From Octopus vulgaris (Eukaryota), in the NCBI GenBank assembly GCA_951406725.2, contig OX597825.1, positions 82,584,001 through 82,648,000 on the forward strand: 64,000 nt of DNA. Reading direction: 5' to 3'. The notes below the pieces were generated by a model. That model worked only from the letters and a program-made list of their open reading frames with translations, had not been told where the DNA came from and searched no databases. The translations under genes were made by a program, and so were the position numbers. Numbering within the stretch: position 1 is the first letter of the stretch; the number at the start of each line of letters is the position of its first letter. This document shows, in pieces, positions 55,694 to 64,000 of this stretch.

Positions 55694-55899
55694 TATATAT
55701 ACATATACGTATATATATATATACGTATACATATATATATATATACACATAGACCTGAGAATGTGAGCGTGTACGAATGTGTGTGTGTGTATGTATGTAT
55801 GTATGTATATATATATATATATTTATATATGTGTGTGTGTGCTTATATATAAATGTATGATGTATATTTATATATGTACATATACTTATAGGTTATACA

Positions 55900-55954
<55 letters not shown>

Positions 55955-56525
55955 ACACGCGGCACGCACACACTCACACACACACACACTCACACACACA
56001 CACCTGCTTGTACATACAAACCTATACATACACTAGCCATTATCCACACACTGCAACGCTGGTAAGGCGTCTTGTTGAGCTATATTATATGTATAGAATA
56101 ATTAACGTTTTGAAACCTGAGGCAATCTCACCTCCGTATCAATGTGGCTTGAGAACAAAAGGATTTTCCTTTCTGTAATCAATAACAGCATCTGTTACAA
56201 TGATTAAATAATGAACCAACAAACACACCATAGTATGGAGTTGTGAATCTAACACTTATTATTAAATTACGCTGCCAGGTCATTAGTATAATTAATAGAT
56301 AACAGATTTCGATGTAGGATAAAGTGACAGTTATATCATAGGACATTGCCGTAGGATACAGGTTCGAATCAATGGGTGTCCTAGTATTTTGCAGTTATGT
56401 ATATATGTATATATATATATATAACCTAACAATGGTGTTGCCATAGTGTGCAAATCAGCTGGGAAAATGTTTTTTTATCAATATCAATTCACAGAAAACC
56501 GAGAAATCCTAAATATATTATGAGA

Positions 56526-56574
<49 letters not shown>

Positions 56575-56711
56575 CACTCACACAGACACACACGCATATA
56601 TGTACACACACATACATATATAAATATGTGTGTGTGTGTAATATATATATAAGTGAAGTGAAGTGCCGTTATGTACTGTCATGCATTAATTCAGGCAGTA
56701 ATTCACGGACC

Positions 56712-56880
56712 AAATGGGGACTGCAATAAGGGTGGAACACTTGCAGAAAACAGCATTGCTTGGAACCGCTGGAATACTCCAGATGGTGCTCGAAAAAAAA
56801 AGGGCGTTACCTTAGTTCACTAGTAATGAACAGCTGACACCGTAGTACATCTCCAGCGTTGGAAGTTGTGCAAAGGCAAT
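56712..56880 (+). mobile_element. R4/Dong-like LINE extreme 3' end, family 1
   Basis: Translates GTAIRVEHLQKTALLGTAGILQMVLE; short UTR, then (AAC)n/(AAT)n. Confidence 0.75.
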
Positions 56881-56889
56881 AAAAATAAT

Positions 56890-56922
<33 letters not shown>

Positions 56923-56957
56923 AATAATAATAATAATAATAATAGTAGTAGTAATAC

Positions 56958-57002
<45 letters not shown>

Positions 57003-57003
57003 C

Positions 57004-57573
<570 letters not shown>

Positions 57574-58319
57574 AAGAAGAAGAAGAAAGGAAGAAAACGA
57601 GAAAAGAAGATGGAGTAGGAGACGAAATAAAAAGAAGAAACAACAACACGAAGAACATCAACATCGCTGCTAATTATTTTACTGATTCTGTTAGAAATGG
57701 TATCGGCAGAAGCCAGAGACAGAGAGTAGAGACGGAATTAAATCCTGAAAATTATCTAAAATAAAACAACGAAATTTCAGGTAATTTTAATTCCTTCACA
57801 CTGCCTGGAGACAGGTACTAGAAAAACAATGGCATTAGTAAAGGTACCAAGTTGCACCTGGTACTAAATACCAATAACAACAACAACAACAACAACAACA
57901 GCAATACAATTGTCAGTGATTAACAGGCGACGGAGTGGCTGGAGGCCGAACTATTCCTGCGCCGTTTCATATTTGCTTGAAAGCCCTTTGATGTTAATTA
58001 TGTTGTCAATACTTGGAGACTGGTTTTTTCTCTAGACATTGAAACTAGAAATGCTAAGGAAAAGAAAAAAATGAAGAAACAAACAAAAATCTGTGGACAT
58101 TTTGATGTCATGAGTTATCACAAGACCGTTAATCAAATACACGGTGGTTGCCCCCTCGTTATCGAGTATGGCCATTACACGAAGCTTAATCAATGTTGTT
58201 ATCATGCAATGCCTGTGCAAGAAGATTTTTATAAAGTGAGGAAACGCTGTGCACTGAGTCAATCTCACTCAATAAGCAACATCAGCCATAATCCTAAAAG
58301 AAGAAGTCAACATCATCGG

Positions 58320-58690
58320 TAACCACTGAGCCGCAGGTTTTATGTCGGAGTTATCCCAGTTACCTGAGTTACCTTTACCTAGAACGATGCCCTAACAAAG
58401 GCTAGGAGTCCTTCATTCCGAATGGTTTAACTGCGCGATCGGGTATTCAGTCCGATTATTTCTATGTCCCCGCGCGTGATACAGCCCTAAGACATTTATT
58501 GGATGGCCGTTGACTCTCAAGAGTTCCTCCGCCCTTTGACGGGTTTTGTTTTTCATCCCGCAGGGTATCCAAAAAACACCCTCCTCACCAAGCAAGCTTG
58601 GTGGGGTTGCCGGTTTAGTCGCCGACGACCCGACCATGCAACAGGTTGTACTGGGTTACATGTTACCAGTAGCACTCGAAAGTGACCTGA
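58320..58690 (-). mobile_element. GC-richer repeat, probable LINE 5' UTR fragment
   Basis: Composition shift; hairpins tactgg..ccagta, gtcg-tcgg-cgac and caccaag..cttggtg; abuts (CATA)n. Family assignment is from recall only. Confidence 0.35.
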
Positions 58691-58822
58691 CATACATACA
58701 TGAATACATACATACATAAATTAATATGTATATTAATTATTTATAAATTATATAAATTATATATAAATTAATTGTATATATACATACATACATACTTACT
58801 CATACACACACACATACACACG

Positions 58823-58854
<32 letters not shown>

Positions 58855-59201
58855 TACACACACGCCCCCCCCCCCACATATATATATATATGTAAATGTA
58901 TGCAAACAGACATACATGAATGTATGTAGATACCGCGTTACGGCTACAGTTTATAGGATGTTGTGTTGTTAACGATGCCAATTAATTTCGGATTACGGTC
59001 AGTAAATTCGTTCTGAGGAAAACACGTATTGCATAGTTTTGAATTGTTAACGATTAAAAACTGCATTTTCTTCTTATCTTGATGACTAATTGCATTTCAT
59101 TTAAGCTCATGTATTTATATATATTATCAACGATTTGAAAAATAACACACAGACACACACACCATGTACATGGTGTGAGTAACATATATAGGGATGTAAC
59201 A

Positions 59202-59780
59202 TGGCGATTAGGCAAAAACGTTAGCACGCCGGGCGAAATGCTTAGCGGTATTATTTCTCTGCCGCTATGTTCTGAATTCAAATTCCCCCGAGGTCGACTT
59301 TGATTTTCATCCTTTCGGGGTCGATAAATTAAGTACCAGTTACGCACAGGGGTCGATGTAATCGACTTAATACATATGCCTGTCCTTGTTTGTCCCCTCT
59401 GTGTTTAGCCTCTTGTGGGTAGTAAAGAAATAGGTATTTCGCCTGCCGCTACGTTCTGAGTTCAAATTCCGCCGATGTCGACTTTGCCTTTCATCTTTTC
59501 GGGGCTGATTATATAAGTACCAGTTACGCACTGGGGTCGATGTAATCGACTTAATCCGCTTGTTTGTCCTTGTTTATCCTGTCTGTGTTTAGCGCCTTGT
59601 GGGTAATAAAGAAATAGGTATTTCGTCTGTCTTTACGTTCTGAGTTCAAATTCACCTGCGGTCGACTTTGCCTTTCATTCTTTCGGGATCGATAGATTAA
59701 GTGCCATTTGCGTACTGGAGTCGATCTAATCAACTGTTCTCCTCCCCCATAATTTTGGGCCTTGTTCCTAGAATAGAAAA
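59202..59780 (+). mobile_element. Head-to-tail trimer of SINE family A
   Basis: Units 59202-59431, 59432-59615 and 59616-59780; units 2 and 3 both start at aggtatttcg. Confidence 0.92.
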
Positions 59781-60611
59781 GAATGTTTATATGGAATTTT
59801 GCATCATCAACACCAAAACAGCCGACAACAACAACAGTAGCATAGAAAGCAAATCTATTTTGAATGAAATTATATAATGTGGTTTCGTAGAGTATATTAA
59901 ATTTGAATGATATGAGATGAGTTCTCTGGGGCAGTTACAGGCGGAAACAAATAGGCGGCTATATATTTACGTACATAAAATACGGGCAGCCTTTAGTTAC
60001 ATATTACTGCCCACTTCTTAGCAGTGGTGGAAAAAGATTTGTCCCACTATTCGTAAGTTTGCTTTGATATCGGAACACATTCATCGGGAATCAAACATCC
60101 GAACCACACACCAAATGATTTTTTTTTTTTTTACCTTCATGATACTTTTAGGACATTTTTTTCTATTAATATCTCATATTTTAAATGTTACTTACTGGTA
60201 ATTGCTTCCTTATTGTTAAAACTATGTTTTGACCTAACCATTTCCCATTCCATTGAAATGCACGCTTTTCATGGACGGCATTCACTTTATTCAAGCTGCA
60301 TTCTTTATCTATAACAATAAATCGTTACCATTCCAGAGAATTCATTGTATTTATAGATACAAAACTCGCATAGATTTACTCAGAATTTAGTTAAAGCTAC
60401 GTTCTTTCAACAATCCTCCACGACGCTTTTATGGTTGGGGCTAAAAACAGTATATTCCATACGTAATGGTACACAGCATTAACTAGCAACAGCAATTTCA
60501 ATGCTCTTTCATAATGTAAGCATACACACACATACACACATACAGGCACAGACACATGCACACACATACACACATATATTGATACGTATATATATATACA
60601 TATACATATAC

Positions 60612-60695
<84 letters not shown>

Positions 60696-60716
60696 GGTAT
60701 ATATATATATATATAT

Positions 60717-60749
<33 letters not shown>

Positions 60750-60838
60750 TATATATATATACATATATAAATGGTATATATATATATATATGGTATATAG
60801 ATATACATACACACATACCCATGCGCACACACACATAC

Positions 60839-60887
<49 letters not shown>

Positions 60888-61360
60888 GTATGAATGGACG
60901 TTTGCGTACGCGTACATGCATACAAATATAGATACATGCAAATATAATATATATGTACACTCACACACAATCACACACACGCAACGCACATACATAAATA
61001 TGTATATAGAAATATACATATATCTACATATGCATGCAAACACACACACACGCACATGTATGTATTTGTACACATATTTAAGTTTGTATGTATGTATGCA
61101 TGCATGTGTGTATGAATATGTGTTTGTATGCCGTAGAACACAAAGGGACATTTTTCAGAGAAATAACGGATTGTCTTTGATTCAGCTTTTATGCGAAACA
61201 TCATCAAATCTATATATAGTGGGTAGCATAGGTTTTTGGTTTATATACGGAACACCGGAATTGAAAGGACTCTATGGATGGAAGACAGGCAATAAAAATC
61301 CACCGAGAGATGCCATAAATACGCCCTGAGAGAAGCACTTTATTGATACATACACACATC

Positions 61361-61400
<40 letters not shown>

Positions 61401-61473
61401 GTGTATATATATATATATGTATATAAATACATATAGCTATATATATGTGTGTATGTATATATTTATATGCACG

Positions 61474-61522
<49 letters not shown>

Positions 61523-61600
61523 ATATATATATGTATATATATAAAGTGCATATGTTTGTGTGTGCCTGTGTGACTATGCGTTGATGCGTACATACACCCA

Positions 61601-61662
<62 letters not shown>

Positions 61663-61836
61663 ATATTCACAAACAATGGCATGCACATGTATATACATGA
61701 ACACACATACACACATATTTGTGCAAAAGCAGTCACGTGTAAATGAAAACATTCACGTACATGTTTATCCTAAAAATGGGTATGAGGGTTCTCTACAACT
61801 AGGTCTGTTTCTTCTGTTCGTCTGTCTGTCTCAGTA

Positions 61837-61996
<160 letters not shown>

Positions 61997-62065
61997 GGAG
62001 TAAACATATAAATGTGAAACAAGGTGGAAAAAAGAGTACTCAAATACCAGTGGTAGAGTAATATG

Positions 62066-62214
62066 CTTTATTTAAAGCAGCAGAAAATTCAACAAAACCT
62101 GTTACTCTGAGTTTCACGTTCCCGTTCGTCGGACAGTTTTTGCTATGTCCGACGAACGGGAACGTGAAACTCAGAGTAACAGGTTTTGTTGAATTTTCTG
62201 CTGCTTTAAATAAA

Positions 62215-62215
<1 letters not shown>
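62066..62215. repeat. Perfect 70-bp inverted repeat with a hammerhead-like motif in each arm, in an element (61995-62215) inside (TA)n
   Basis: Arms 62066-62135 and 62146-62215, 10-nt spacer. Confidence 0.95.
62146..62181 (+). ncRNA. Variant hammerhead motif (CCGACGA core), with a mirror copy on the minus strand at 62099-62136
   Basis: TGT CCGACGA ACG ggaa CGT GAA ACTC a GAGT A ACA; helix III ACTC/GAGT, triplet GTA, U4 replaced by C. Confidence 0.65.
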
Positions 62216-62249
<34 letters not shown>

Positions 62250-62479
62250 CATCGTTGATAGTATGTTAAACTGTCGTATGTCCAAATTTGGCCAAATGCG
62301 TTTCGTTCAATATTTATTTTTGCTTCTAATAATCAGTACTTTTGCTCAAACTATCCGTATCTCCCACTACTTCAGATGCCAAGATATCAAAAATTACCAA
62401 AGTGTAGTATAATGGTTCTGCTATGGAAAATATGGTAAAACGATTTTCTCGTTCTCGGAAAAAGTAACTCGTAGTTTCA

Positions 62480-62590
<111 letters not shown>

Positions 62591-62699
62591 ATACATATAC
62601 ATATACTCACATTATTGTTCCTGTCCATTGACGAGATATAAGATATCCGCGTTTCTAACGGGACTGCTCTCTTTGAGTCCTCGAATCATATGCGAACTA

Positions 62700-63560
62700 C
62701 TTCGGCCAAAAGCTACCCATCTTCCAGCACCCATTTTGCACGATTTTTCCCTCTCCATTCTTTGACCTGAACGGGAATGAACATTCTGATAGCTGATTTG
62801 GTGAGAGTGATGAAGATTGTGTCACGAATATGCGATCATAAAGGAACTGGAGAGACGGATGCAACACTTTATCCACCGCTACAACCAAAGGGAGAGCATT
62901 AAAGTGTACAAAGGAGCCAGGATTGCAAAGCCATCATAGAGAGTTATGCTAACGGTATCTGCCCGCTGTACAGGACTAAATCTTGGAACATCACGGAAAG
63001 GACCAGTGATAAGACAGATACGGTCATAATTTGCAATGAAAACCAAAAAATACCAGAACGTCATGTTCGTTGATGCTACCCTTGCTGGCGAACTAGCACA
63101 TCTTTTTAGAAAAAAAAACATTAAGGCTGATCTACGAATCAAAGTAGTAGAGAGGCCTGTTGCCCCTTTAAATTCCTAGCTCTGCAATACCTATTCCTTT
63201 GATAGGAACAATTGTGTTGTACGTAGGATGAACCCACAAGTTAACTGTAAGGTTAAGAACGTTGTGTAAAGTCTACGATGTACTGAGGGACGGTGCAGAA
63301 ACCGCCTACCGAGGAGAGACTACACGCAGCATAGGAGAGCGTAGAGGTGGACATTAGCCAGAGGCCAACGAAGGGAGAAGCGCGTCAGTGCTCTACCAAC
63401 ATACTCTGGAAGAACATGGAGGCTTGACTAATAGCATAGAGGTTAAAGCACTATCAACACGTAGAACTGACACGACACTTGGGCAGATTCCAGAAGCTAT
63501 ACACATAACAGTAGAGAGAGACCGACTGTCAATAGAAAACATGAATGGAAAAGCAATACA
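62700..63560 (+). pseudogene. Penelope-like element remnant (RT thumb, linker and GIY-YIG endonuclease)
   Basis: NVMFVDATLAGELA (63057), IKVVERP (63138), NCKVKNVV* (63243), AYRGETTRSIGERRGGH (63304), SVLYQHTLEEHG and EAIHI...MNGK match the PLE pattern C..NVVY...YIGET.R....R..EH...S.L..H....H...EAI.I; multiple stops. Confidence 0.8.
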
Positions 63561-63933
63561 CATCGCCACCACACCACATGCCTAGAGACAGTAGTGATGT
63601 GAAGAGAGAGGGAAAGAAAAGAGAGAAAAGATCCGTAAATTATACACAGAAACTTATAGGGTAATACACACACAATAGACATGTATGCAATTACCTGTGA
63701 TACCTATTAGAAATAGAGACAGATGTATAAAAAAGTACATATAAAAATATATAAATAGATAAATATTTTAATAAAACTATATAAAGGGTATGGATACATA
63801 CGAAGAGAACCCGTACACACCCACACAAGCACACACACATGAAACTTCTTGGAAGGCCATAACGATGTCGACAAAATACCTGTGTATATACATATATATA
63901 TATATATATAAGACCAAAAGGGTACGGGCGTCG

Positions 63934-63973
<40 letters not shown>

Positions 63974-63975
<2 letters not shown>

Positions 63976-64000
63976 TAGCAGTATCGCCCGGCGTTGCTCA
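63974..64000 (-). mobile_element. Helitron-type 3' terminus, continuing beyond the window
   Basis: Minus strand ...gagcaacgccgggcgatactgCTAG|T, similar to 41787-41814. Confidence 0.65.

Overview
This is AT-rich, microsatellite-dense eukaryotic non-coding DNA. The repeat content suggests a coleoid cephalopod such as Octopus, which is an inference from recalled SINE families. I see no intact host protein-coding gene, and almost all ORFs in the track are translations of simple repeats. The window holds three tRNA-derived SINE families (several copies with target-site duplications), a fourth AAT-tailed retro-repeat family, and decayed LINE fragments (Tx1/L1-like RT, R4/Dong-like RT and endonuclease ends in (TAA)n, and RTE-like pieces). 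It also holds a broken Mutator (MULE) transposase, a Merlin-like MITE, Helitron 3' ends and a Penelope-like (GIY-YIG) remnant. The main unannotated signal is a set of short elements from at least five unrelated families, each carrying a type I hammerhead ribozyme (HHR) motif, mostly with a palindromic (dimer-type) helix III. Most sit inside (TA)n/(CA)n tracts. One of them (43612-43930) fuses a Pol III tRNA-like head to an HHR-bearing tail and has a Penelope-style inverted 5' duplication, making it a candidate Penelope-mobilised, ribozyme-carrying SINE. All ribozyme calls were folded by eye and none is tested.
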